DNA of 64,000 nucleotides from Porphyridium purpureum (lineage: Eukaryota): positions 1,240,001 to 1,304,000 of the forward strand of contig VRMN01000002.1 of NCBI GenBank assembly GCA_008690995.1, in the 5' to 3' direction. The notes under the pieces are model-generated. The model was not told where the DNA came from, did no database searches, and saw only the letters and a list, made by a program, of their open reading frames with translations. A program made the position numbers and the translations under genes. Of this stretch, positions 33,681 to 43,130 are shown in pieces (within the stretch, counting starts at the first letter, position 1; each line of letters starts with the position of its first letter).

Positions 33681-33902
33681 TGTCAATTATTAGCGTGAAT
33701 AATTTACCAGGCACAGTTTTAGCTGTACTCAATTACTTTGAGGATTACCCGAACCCTCAATTTCTTGACCAGCGTATAAAGACGCGGCGAGCGGCGGCGG
33801 GAAAGTAGCCCTAGAACAAAAATAAAAGATTAGGCGTGTGTGGGAGAAGAACCAACCTTCCGCGCCGTGGGATAGCCTGTCGGGGAATAGAGCTGAATGA
33901 CG
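33681..33902 (+). mobile_element. Probable solo LTR nested in E1
   Basis: TGTCA...TGACG ends, flanking GTCAT/GTCAC duplication, internal TATAAA and AATAAA. Removing it restores the E1 arm. Confidence 0.6.
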
Positions 33903-33964
33903 GTCACTTTTGCAAATCTAGAAGCTTCTGGAATTTTTAGAAGCTTCTAGAAACGGTCCGACGG

Positions 33965-34001
33965 TCTAGCTGTCTAGCTGTCTAGCTGTCTAGCTATCTA
34001 G
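33965..34001. repeat. (TCTAGCTG)n tandem repeat inside E1
   Basis: About four copies read directly. Confidence 0.8.
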
Positions 34002-34363
34002 TGGGTTACCCGTTTCGAGTTAATCGAGCCGTTCTAGAAAAATTGGGTCGAACGGATAAAAACCTTGCTTGTTATCTCTTCAAGGTTAGTCACCTCGAAC
34101 GTTTCAGTTCACGCGAAACCGGCAAGCCATTAACCCGGTAGGCCGATGGACCGTTTCTAGAAGCTTCTAGAGGTTCTAAAGACTCCTAGACGTGCAGAAA
34201 TGACAATGATTTGCATTATCATTTCTCTTGGCGCCTTGCTGTCCGTAGCGAAAGTAAGGGTATAGAAAGGCGACGCGCCTGCCCTGACTAGCCGGTCGGA
34301 TCTTGCTCGGAGACAGAAGAGGTAAGGTGAAGAAGAGAGAGTGAACGCACAGCACTGAAAGCA

Positions 34364-34706
34364 CGCACCGACAGCTCCTGGACCGCAAGGGCGTCGATCT
34401 ACCCTTTTTCGCGTTCCGACAGCCACGCCGCCATCGTTCGGCCGTTGCGCGCTCACTTTCGATCCGGAGACTCTCCACTTGCGCACAGAAGGATCAATCA
34501 GCGAGCGAAGATCCTTTGAGCACCTTTTGATGGTCTGGGGAAAACAAAAATGCGCGCGCCGCGCCTTGGTTCATCGTCATGCTCGATGATGGCAGTGTTA
34601 AAAAAAAGAGTTAAGAATAAGTTTTCCACCTAGATAAGCTGTTTTACTGTGAGATCCAATTTTTCGGACCACAATGCAGGTGTTGCGAACATCTTGGCCA
34701 GAACTG
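34364..34706 (-). mobile_element. Truncated Tc1/mariner end (mirror copy)
   Basis: Reverse complement of 40235-40576. Confidence 0.65.
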
Positions 34707-34822
34707 TACATAACATATTTACTGTCATCGACTTTGTATAATACTTGAAAGTGAAGGCAGCTTCACGCAGGACTTCCACGCGCCCTTGCCGCGTCCTGAC
34801 TGCAATTGAAGCATTGACAAAA

Positions 34823-36586
34823 TTATTTCTGCGCGATCAGAAGCTCTGACGGGAAGGTCAGCGTGCACGTCTGAATGTCTGCGTTGCCTGTGCACGTGTA
34901 CTCGTAGTCGTTGAACGAATCCTCAACACCGTTTCCAACAACAGCCGCCGGCGGCACAAACCACTGGCCCTGCGTTCCTCCGCGGCAGATCACGTACATC
35001 AGCGCGTTCATACCCATCGCAACCAGCGGCGTCAAAACCCACGACGCAATCACCTTGAGCAACAGCTTCCAGTTCACCTTCTTGTACCCCTGCGTCTCGC
35101 ACAGACCGGCACCAACCACTCCACCCACGCTGCAGTGCGTCGTCGACACAGGGATGCCAATGTACGAGGCTATCAGCACAGAGAACGCCGTCCCAAGCTC
35201 AGCGCTCAGACCACGGATCGGCGTCATCAGAGTAATGTTCTGCCCAATCGTGCGCATCACCTTCACGCCGAACAGCCACAGCCCGACAATAATGCCGACC
35301 GTGCAGTACGCCAGCGCCCAGTACTCGGGCGACGGCTTGCTGACCACGCTCGCGTACTCAATCGTCTGGTACACAGCAATCAGCGTTCCGCTCGAGTTGC
35401 CAATGTCGTTGGCGCCGAACGCAATCGCCTCATAGCACGCAGACACCATCTGCCCAAACGCAAAGCGCGACTCCAGCTCAGGGTGCCAGATGTCGTTCGG
35501 CACCAGCCCATCGGCCCGCAGGTCGGCGTCAGACCTCATGACCGAGCTCACCACAGACATCGCGTTCGAGCGCTGCGAAGCCCCAGACACGGCAGCAGCG
35601 CTGCCCACCGCGGCGCCATCGCAGCCGCCGATGCAGCCCAGCGCCATGCGCAGCGCCGCCGATGCAGCCGCCGATGCAGCCGCCGATGCAGCCGCAGCCT
35701 CCTCGTCGTGCTCGCTCGACGAGCTCACCTCGTTCAGTTCGTCCACATCCTTGGCCACAACCTCGTCCTTGTCGTGGAAGCCACCAATCAGCCCGCGCTT
35801 GGCATAGTATGCATTGATGGGCTTGTGCAGGTACACGATCCATCCAACTGTAAGCGCAGTCGCCACACCGAACGAAATGCCCAGGTTCATCCCCACCGCA
35901 TCGTCGTCGTAAGTGAACGTCACAAAGATCAGGAGGGTGATGAACGCCAGGAACACCACAATGCCCATGTAGTAGATCTGCTGCCTCAAGCCCCAATCCA
36001 GGCGCGACTCGTCCTGCTGCACCTTGCGAAGGAACCAGTGCTTCGCAGCGAGGTAGAATGCGGCAGAGAAAAGACCCGTCACCGTCGGGGACGCCACCCA
36101 CGAGATCACAATCTTGCCCACGCCCGGCCACCAGTCAATGCCAGACCCGCCAAACTGCACCAGCCCAAAGCCCATCACAGACCCGACAACCGTGTGCGTC
36201 GTCGACACAGGCATGCTCAGCCAGGTCGCAAAGCTCACCCACAGACCCGTCGAGATCGCCGCGGTCATCATGCCAAGCGCAAACAGCTGCGGAATGTCCG
36301 CAAACATCGTGTAGTTCACAATGCCCTTGCCCACGGTCTTTGCCACCTGCGACCCAATCGTCATGGAGCCCAGCGTGATGAAGATTGTCGCCGCTATGCA
36401 CGCCTGTGTCACCGTCAGCACCTTGGCGCCCACCGACGTGCCAAAGCAGTTGGCCACGTCGTTCGCGCCCATCGACGCGCCCTGCAGGAACGTCGCAATC
36501 AGGCAGATTGCGAAAATCCACTGCCACGGCTGCATCTGCGTGGTCCCCGAGAAGGAGTCAATGTTGTAAGTTATCGTCGTCTCCAT
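34823..36586 (-). CDS. Inorganic phosphate transporter, PiT/PHO4 (SLC20) family, copy 1
   Basis: GANDVAN, MPVSTTH, GANDIGN and IPVSTTH signatures. Confidence 0.95.
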   Translation of the reverse strand: METTITYNIDSFSGTTQMQPWQWIFAICLIATFLQGASMGANDVANCFGTSVGAKVLTVTQACIAATIFITLGSMTIGSQVAKTVGKGIVNYTMFADIPQLFALGMMTAAISTGLWVSFATWLSMPVSTTHTVVGSVMGFGLVQFGGSGIDWWPGVGKIVISWVASPTVTGLFSAAFYLAAKHWFLRKVQQDESRLDWGLRQQIYYMGIVVFLAFITLLIFVTFTYDDDAVGMNLGISFGVATALTVGWIVYLHKPINAYYAKRGLIGGFHDKDEVVAKDVDELNEVSSSSEHDEEAAAASAAASAAASAALRMALGCIGGCDGAAVGSAAAVSGASQRSNAMSVVSSVMRSDADLRADGLVPNDIWHPELESRFAFGQMVSACYEAIAFGANDIGNSSGTLIAVYQTIEYASVVSKPSPEYWALAYCTVGIIVGLWLFGVKVMRTIGQNITLMTPIRGLSAELGTAFSVLIASYIGIPVSTTHCSVGGVVGAGLCETQGYKKVNWKLLLKVIASWVLTPLVAMGMNALMYVICRGGTQGQWFVPPAAVVGNGVEDSFNDYEYTCTGNADIQTCTLTFPSELLIAQK

Positions 36587-37697
36587 CTCAAAATCCCTTT
36601 GCACACCCTCCCGGGTGTGGTCGTCTGTGCACCGCCGCTTCCGCTCCCATGCCTTGCCCTTCCTGCCTGCCAGCGCCGGCTGCCGTATGACGCCGACCCG
36701 TCCTCGTGACCATATACCGCGCGCGGGGCGCATGCCGCCGCCGCGAGGCGAGCGGCACGACGGCCTCCGAGTCGGACGCGCGAGGCGCACGGTCAGCAAA
36801 CCGACCCATCGCCGCAACGGACTTTGGACGGAATCTCTGGCCCACGCGCGGAACGCAAGCAGGTATCGAATCGCACCGCGCGCCGCCCGCCCAAACGGCT
36901 ACCTTTTTGTAGCGACGCGCACAGCCGCAGTGTACTTGCGGTGAGCACGCACGACCGGCTGGGGGCCGCGCGTTTCATTTTCATTTTTTCAGTAAGAGAA
37001 CGGCTTCATCTCGCGTGTGCTCGCGCCGCACGATCTGTGGCGCGCCCATCAGTACAGCGCAGCCGCGCGCGGTACAGTGCGTGTGGCCTCGCGCGCGCGT
37101 TTTGCTAGCAAGTCCGGAGCGGCCCCCGACGCATGATGAGCATCGGCTCGCAGTCAGCAGCAAAGGATTCACTTCTCCGCGGCGCAGGCACCGAACCCAT
37201 CGCCTCATCCGCGCCCACAACATAGGCCCCATCGTTCGAGCAGAGCCATACGTTTCCGGTGAGTGGGTATGTGAAACGTATTCTGACTTCATTGAGGAAG
37301 GCAATATATTAGCTCCTGTCCGAGGCTTTTCTTAATTCCACTTCTGACACCATGACAGTAGCAAAGACTAACTTCTGTGTTCGTCTTTGTCGCCACGCAT
37401 AGTACATATGCGATACTTGCACATTTGCGTGCTAACGCCTTTGTTCCGATGCAACCGTGAGACGTTGTTACAGCCGGCAGACTTGAAAACCTTCGCATTC
37501 GCACTCTGTAAGTCTGAGACAATCAAACTTGGCGTCGTATGTGTCGCCGTGGTCTTCAACTGTTTCCATAGTACCTTGGTTTGGTTTGGCCATGCAAACC
37601 AATCACGCTCTCCGCGACTGCTAAGTTCAAGGGCGTATACGAGCGTCCCGACGTCACATTTAGAATGACAACCGATTCTGCGTAAAAGCTAGATTCG

Positions 37698-40576
37698 CAC
37701 TCACCAGACACGCACGGCTCTGCTCGAGCGATGGGGCCTATGTTGTGGGCGCGGATGAGGCGATGGGTTCGGTGCCTGCGCCGCGGAGAAGTGAATCCTT
37801 TGCTGCTGACTGCGAGCCGATGCTCATCATGCGTCGGGGGCCGCTCCGGACTTGCTAGCAAAACGCGCGCGCGAGGCCACACGCACTGTACCGCGCGCGG
37901 CTGCGCTGTACTGATGGGCGCGCCACAGATCGTGCGGCGCGAGCACACGCGAGATGAAGCCGTTCTGTTACTGAAAAAATGAAAATGAAACGCGCGGCCC
38001 TGAGCCGGTCGTGCGTGCTCACCGCAAGTACACTGCGGCTGTGCGCGTCGCTACAAAAAGGTAGCCGTTTGGGCGGGCGGCGCGCGGTGCGATTCGATAC
38101 CTGCTTGCGTTCCGCGCGTGGGCCAGAGATTCCGTCCAAAGTCCGTTGCGGCGATGGGTCGGTTTGCTGACCGTGCGCCTCGCGCGTCCGACTCGGAGGC
38201 CGTCGTTGCTTGCCTCGCAGGCGGCATGCGCGCGCGCGGTATATGGTCACGAGGACGGGCCGGCGTCATACGGCAGCTGGCGCTGGCAGGCAGGAAGGGC
38301 AAGGCATGGGAGCGGAAGCGGCGGTGCACAGACGACCACACCCGGGAGGGTGTGCAAAGGGATTTTGAGATGGAGACGACGATAACTTACAACATTGACT
38401 CCTTCTCGGGGACCACGCAGATGCAGCCGTGGCAGTGGATTTTCGCAATCTGCCTGATTGCGACGTTCCTGCAGGGCGCGTCGATGGGCGCGAACGACGT
38501 GGCCAACTGCTTTGGCACGTCGGTGGGCGCCAAGGTGCTGACGGTGACACAGGCGTGCATAGCGGCGACAATCTTCATCACGCTGGGCTCCATGACGATT
38601 GGGTCGCAGGTGGCAAAGACCGTGGGCAAGGGCATTGTGAACTACACGATGTTTGCGGACATTCCGCAGCTGTTTGCGCTTGGCATGATGACCGCGGCGA
38701 TCTCGACGGGTCTGTGGGTGAGCTTTGCGACCTGGCTGAGCATGCCTGTGTCGACGACGCACACGGTTGTCGGGTCTGTGATGGGCTTTGGGCTGGTGCA
38801 GTTTGGCGGGTCTGGCATTGACTGGTGGCCGGGCGTGGGCAAGATTGTGATCTCGTGGGTGGCGTCCCCGACGGTGACGGGTCTTTTCTCTGCCGCATTC
38901 TACCTCGCTGCGAAGCACTGGTTCCTTCGCAAGGTGCAGCAGGACGAGTCGCGCCTGGATTGGGGCTTGAGGCAGCAGATCTACTACATGGGCATTGTGG
39001 TGTTCCTGGCGTTCATCACCCTCCTGATCTTTGTGACGTTCACTTACGACGACGATGCGGTGGGGATGAACCTGGGCATTTCGTTCGGTGTGGCGACTGC
39101 GCTTACAGTTGGATGGATCGTGTACCTGCACAAGCCCATCAATGCATACTATGCCAAGCGCGGGCTGATTGGTGGCTTCCACGACAAGGACGAGGTTGTG
39201 GCCAAGGATGTGGACGAACTGAACGAGGTGAGCTCGTCGAGCGAGCACGACGAGGAGGCTGCGGCTGCATCGGCGGCTGCATCGGCGGCTGCATCGGCGC
39301 CGGCTGCATCGGCGGCTGCGATGGCGCCGGCGGTGGGCAGCGCTGCTGCCGTGTCTGGGGCTTCGCAGCGCTCGAACGCGATGTCTGTGGTGAGCTCGGT
39401 CATGAGGTCTGACGCCGACCTGCGGGCCGATGGGCTGGTGCCGAACGACATCTGGCACCCTGAGCTGGAGTCGCGCTTTGCGTTTGGGCAGATGGTGTCT
39501 GCGTGCTATGAGGCGATTGCGTTCGGCGCCAACGACATTGGCAACTCGAGCGGAACGCTGATTGCTGTGTACCAGACGATTGAGTACGCGAGCGTGGTCA
39601 GCAAGCCGTCGCCCGAGTACTGGGCGCTGGCGTACTGCACGGTCGGCATTATTGTCGGGCTGTGGCTGTTCGGCGTGAAGGTGATGCGCACGATTGGGCA
39701 GAACATTACTCTGATGACGCCGATCCGTGGTCTGAGCGCTGAGCTTGGGACGGCGTTCTCTGTGCTGATAGCCTCGTACATTGGCATCCCTGTGTCGACG
39801 ACGCACTGCAGCGTGGGTGGAGTGGTTGGTGCCGGTCTGTGCGAGACGCAGGGGTACAAGAAGGTGAACTGGAAGCTGTTGCTCAAGGTGATTGCGTCGT
39901 GGGTTTTGACGCCGCTGGTTGCGATGGGTATGAACGCGCTGATGTACGTGATCTGCCGCGGAGGAACGCAGGGCCAGTGGTTTGTGCCGCCGGCGGCTGT
40001 TGTTGGAAACGGTGTTGAGGATTCGTTCAACGACTACGAGTACACGTGCACAGGCAACGCAGACATTCAGACGTGCACGCTGACCTTCCCGTCAGAGCTT
40101 CTGATCGCGCAGAAATAATTTTGTCAATGCTTCAATTGCAGTCAGGACGCGGCAAGGGCGCGTGGAAGTCCTGCGTGAAGCTGCCTTCACGTTCAAGTAT
40201 TATAAAAAGTCAGTGAGAGTAAATATGTTATGTACAGTTCTGGCCAAGATGTTCGCAACACCTGCATTGTGGTCCGAAAAATTGGATCTCACAGTAAAAC
40301 AGCTTATCTAGGTGGAAAACTTATTCTTAACTCTTTTTTTAACACTGCCATCATCGAGCATGACGATGAACCAAGGCGCGGCGCGCACATTTTTGTTTTC
40401 CCCAGACCATCAGAAGGTGCTCAAAGGATCTTCGCTCGCTGATTGATCCTTCTGTGCGCAAGTGGAGAGTCTCCGGATCGAAAGTGAGCGCGCAACGGCC
40501 GAACGATGGCGGCGTGGCTGTCGGAACGCGAAAAAGGGTAGATCGACGCCCTTGCGGGCCAGGAGCTGTCGGTGCG
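37698..40576 (+). repeat. Right arm of the ~2.9 kb inverted duplication
   Basis: Near-identical reverse complement of 34364-37265; unique spacer at 37266-37697. Confidence 0.95.
38370..40118 (+). CDS. Inorganic phosphate transporter, PiT/PHO4 (SLC20) family, copy 2
   Basis: Same signatures as copy 1; the protein differs only in the Ala-rich loop. Confidence 0.95.
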   Translation: METTITYNIDSFSGTTQMQPWQWIFAICLIATFLQGASMGANDVANCFGTSVGAKVLTVTQACIAATIFITLGSMTIGSQVAKTVGKGIVNYTMFADIPQLFALGMMTAAISTGLWVSFATWLSMPVSTTHTVVGSVMGFGLVQFGGSGIDWWPGVGKIVISWVASPTVTGLFSAAFYLAAKHWFLRKVQQDESRLDWGLRQQIYYMGIVVFLAFITLLIFVTFTYDDDAVGMNLGISFGVATALTVGWIVYLHKPINAYYAKRGLIGGFHDKDEVVAKDVDELNEVSSSSEHDEEAAAASAAASAAASAPAASAAAMAPAVGSAAAVSGASQRSNAMSVVSSVMRSDADLRADGLVPNDIWHPELESRFAFGQMVSACYEAIAFGANDIGNSSGTLIAVYQTIEYASVVSKPSPEYWALAYCTVGIIVGLWLFGVKVMRTIGQNITLMTPIRGLSAELGTAFSVLIASYIGIPVSTTHCSVGGVVGAGLCETQGYKKVNWKLLLKVIASWVLTPLVAMGMNALMYVICRGGTQGQWFVPPAAVVGNGVEDSFNDYEYTCTGNADIQTCTLTFPSELLIAQK

Positions 40577-40762
40577 AGCCATTGCGAAGGCTCTGAAGCC
40601 TCGCCCAGATCGCTCGCGACCGTCCTATGCGACTGTGAGCCGTTATCTCGCGTCCAGGGGGCGCCAAATTGTCCGCCAGAAGCCAGGTCCGAAACGGCTT
40701 TTGAGTCGCAAATCGGAACGCTGCATCATTCGTGCCGTATCTGTTGATGCACTGATGTGCCG
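40235..40762 (+). mobile_element. Truncated Tc1/mariner transposon: TIR plus N-terminal HTH of a dead transposase
   Basis: TA|CAGTTCTGGCCAA end resembles the Tc1 terminus CAGTGCTGGCCAA. From ATG 40506 it reads MAAWLSEREKG*IDALAGQELSVRAIAKAL...TVSRYL...PGPKRLLS...RCIIRA (Tc3-type HTH, TAG at 40539). Confidence 0.75.
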
Positions 40763-40966
40763 CGTAATAGGCTGCTCCAGCCCTCACGCCGCGCCCTTCC
40801 CCCTCAACCCCGCCGAGAGAGAGCCTAACCCCAATACCACTGGCCCGGTCGGCCCTCCCTTTTACTCTTTTCTGGCTGCCGTCTACGGCGGCCTTCTCTA
40901 CCTATCCTAGCCTACCCTACTGTGCTTTTTTATAAACCCTACGCGTAACTACAGGGCCCAGTTACA
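40763..40966. mobile_element. Possible LTR remnant
   Basis: CGTAAT...GTTACA ends and a TATA-like run, lying between the Tc1 and Gypsy fragments; no TSD. Confidence 0.35.
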
Positions 40967-41040
40967 ACCAAGGTCTTGTTGGCGTACAGTGGAGAGCGTT
41001 GGTAAAGCGGTACAGTGGAGGAGGTCAATCATGACAAATG

Positions 41041-41983
41041 TTGGGTGTTGGAGCCGCTCTTTACCAGCGTGTGGAATCCTCGTTCCATCCTGTGTGTTTC
41101 CTGTCGAGAGCACTGACTCCAGCGGAGAAGAACTATCTCATCACGGAGCTCGAGTGCTTCGCCGTCCTTTAGGCCGTGCGGAAATGTCGTCATTACCTTT
41201 CTGGAGAGTCCATTTGCATTCGTTCTGATCACGAGCCTTTAAAAAGGCTCTTGAATTTAAAGGAAACGCGAGGGTGCTTGGCGCGGTGGGCACACGTGCC
41301 TTCGGACTATAGTTTTGTGCTGGAGTACATCAAAGGGTCAAGCAACAAGGTGCCGGGTGCGCTGTCGCGTCAGCCGCTTCTGGCTCACGAGCCCTTGCAA
41401 TCGTCTGACGAGCGCATGGAAAGTATCGTGTCATCGGCAGCGAACTCTTTGGAGAAAGCACGGAACCTTCCGGGCAAGGGGGAGCTCAAGGCGCCCTACG
41501 TAGAGGATGAACAAATTACTAAGGAAATAGCGAATATGAATTCTCAGCGGCCGCAGTTCAGCGAGCCCGAGTACTTCTTCGACGAAGACGGAATCCTATG
41601 GGCGCAAACAAAGCCGCTAAGGCGTGTGGTGCCGGACGCACTCCTGAGTAGAGTACTCGATTAGTACCACACGACGAGCGCCAGTTGCCACATGGGCGTT
41701 GCCAAGACGATTAGCAGGGTCGCAAGTGGGCTTTGGTGGTGGCCTGGTCAAACAGCGGACATCCGTGCGTTTTTGCAGCCGTGTCGTGTCTTTGCGCGAC
41801 GAAAAGGTAGTCGTCAGCAGCAGGTTCCGGTCGGGAGGCGGCGCCCAACTAGGCGATTTGAAGTGGTAGTAGCAGATCTGCTCACCATTTCGCCAAAAAC
41901 GGGACGTGGCTTCTACAAGGTATTGGTTGTTGTAGACCTCTTTTCAAGGTTTATGGTCGCCGTGTCTGTCGCGTATGAGACGG
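41041..41983 (+). mobile_element. Ty3/Gypsy pol remnant (RNase H plus integrase N-terminus)
   Basis: GVGAALYQ...PVCFLSRALTPAEKNY..TELE, SDHEPL, LARW, N..P.ALSR, H...HMG..KT...WWPG and VVVDLFSRF, all in one frame with stops at 41170 and 41662. Confidence 0.9.
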
Positions 41984-42388
41984 TGTGTGCTTTCAGTGCT
42001 GTGCGTTCACTCTCTCTTCTTCACCTTACCTCTTCTGTCTCCGAGCAAGATCCGACCGGCGAGTCCGGGCCGGCGCGTCGCCTTTTTATACCCTTACTTC
42101 CGCCAGAGACAGCAGGGCGCCAAGAGAAATGACAATGCAAATCATTGGCATTTCTGCGCACGTCTAGAAGCTTTTAGAGGTTCCAGAAGCTTTTAGAGGT
42201 TCCAGAAACTTTTAGACGTGCGCAGAAAGGACAATAATTTGCATTGTCATTTCTTTTGGCGCCCTGCTGTCTCTGGCGAAAGTACGGGTACAAAAAGGCG
42301 ACGCGCCGGCCCGGACTCGCCGGTCAGGCCTTGCTCAGAGACAAAGGAGGTAAGAAGGAGGAAGAGTAAAGGCGCAGCATTGATGACA
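41984..42388. mobile_element. 405-bp palindromic TIR element (copy E2) with TGT...ACA termini and ACGG flanks
   Basis: Arms ~41988-42165 and ~42212-42388 are imperfect inverted repeats around 19-bp tandem units AGAAGCTTTTAGAGGTTCC. ACGG occurs at 41980-41983 and 42389-42392. Confidence 0.8.
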
Positions 42389-43130
42389 ACGGGCCTCGTA
42401 ACGACAAAGTGCTGGGCTGGGATGTGTCGGTGGCGATTACGGACCAGGAGTGACCATTTCGCGAATCCTCAGTTCAGGCCGGAAAACGCTGAATACTTAA
42501 AACTTCTGCAAAGTTCTTCAACGCTTATTTTATCCATGGAGACCTGGTCGTTTGGAAATTGTTATGGCAGCCGGTCCTAGTCTGTACCCGCGAGATATAT
42601 TTCCAGGCACGTGGTCGTTCTAAAATCGCGCTCCCGCCGACATCTAGTTGCAGAAGCACACGCGGACATTCACACGGCGTGCCCGAACCTGGGCTTTGAA
42701 AGCAAGGGTGTGTCGGCGAGCGACGAGACTAGAAGTAGAGGGGCCCATGGCAAGGTCACAGTGGAAACAAAGAGCGAACTTGAAGGAACAGATAATGACA
42801 TCTCATGCGCGCGTGCCAACGAGCAAATTGATTAATGTGCTTGCAGAATGCATCTGCTTGGTTCCGTAAACTCAACAGGGACGAAAGCGCCTCGCTGATC
42901 CCGATGTCTCGACCAACCAGCGGTCCAGTGGACAAAGGTAGGGGTGTATGGTAAAGCCTAGTAAAAAGCTGTCAGTTTTTCAGATGTGACGCTCGTTCGA
43001 CGGGTCATAGGCGCTGGATGGTTCCTAGGGATTCTGTGGTTTGTTTGAGGAGGCGGGTCGAAACGCGCAAGGAGTGGGAAGTGGAGACACTAGTTGTGAA
43101 GGGAGAGAAAGCGCGAAAGTTTGGAAGCAG

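Larger units (their letters stand above)
33498..34367. mobile_element. Foldback/MITE-like element with long imperfect inverted arms and HSE arrays (copy E1)
   Basis: 33541-33680 and 33903-33960 match the reverse complement of 34148-34350; same family as 41984-42388. Ends are TGTTATC... and ...GCACGCA. Confidence 0.75.
34364..37265 (-). repeat. Left arm of a ~2.9 kb inverted duplication
   Basis: Near-identical reverse complement of 37698-40576. Confidence 0.95.

Noticed and set aside
35135..36709. 524-aa ORF antisense to PiT (mirror at 38247-39806)
   Set aside because: An Arg/His-rich shadow frame caused by strong GC3 codon bias; no domain recognised.
37266..37697. P1BS (GNATATNC) phosphate-starvation site between the PiT genes
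   Set aside because: Only near-matches were found (e.g. ACATATGC), no exact site.
41041..41983. Integrase remnant as the autonomous Ginger transposase
   Set aside because: It is preceded in frame by a Gypsy RNase H, so it is retrotransposon pol, and E2 interrupts it.
42166..42216. Short repeats resembling a CRISPR array (also 43472-43527 and 28698-28769)
   Set aside because: Tandem repeats without unique spacers, in eukaryotic context with no cas genes.
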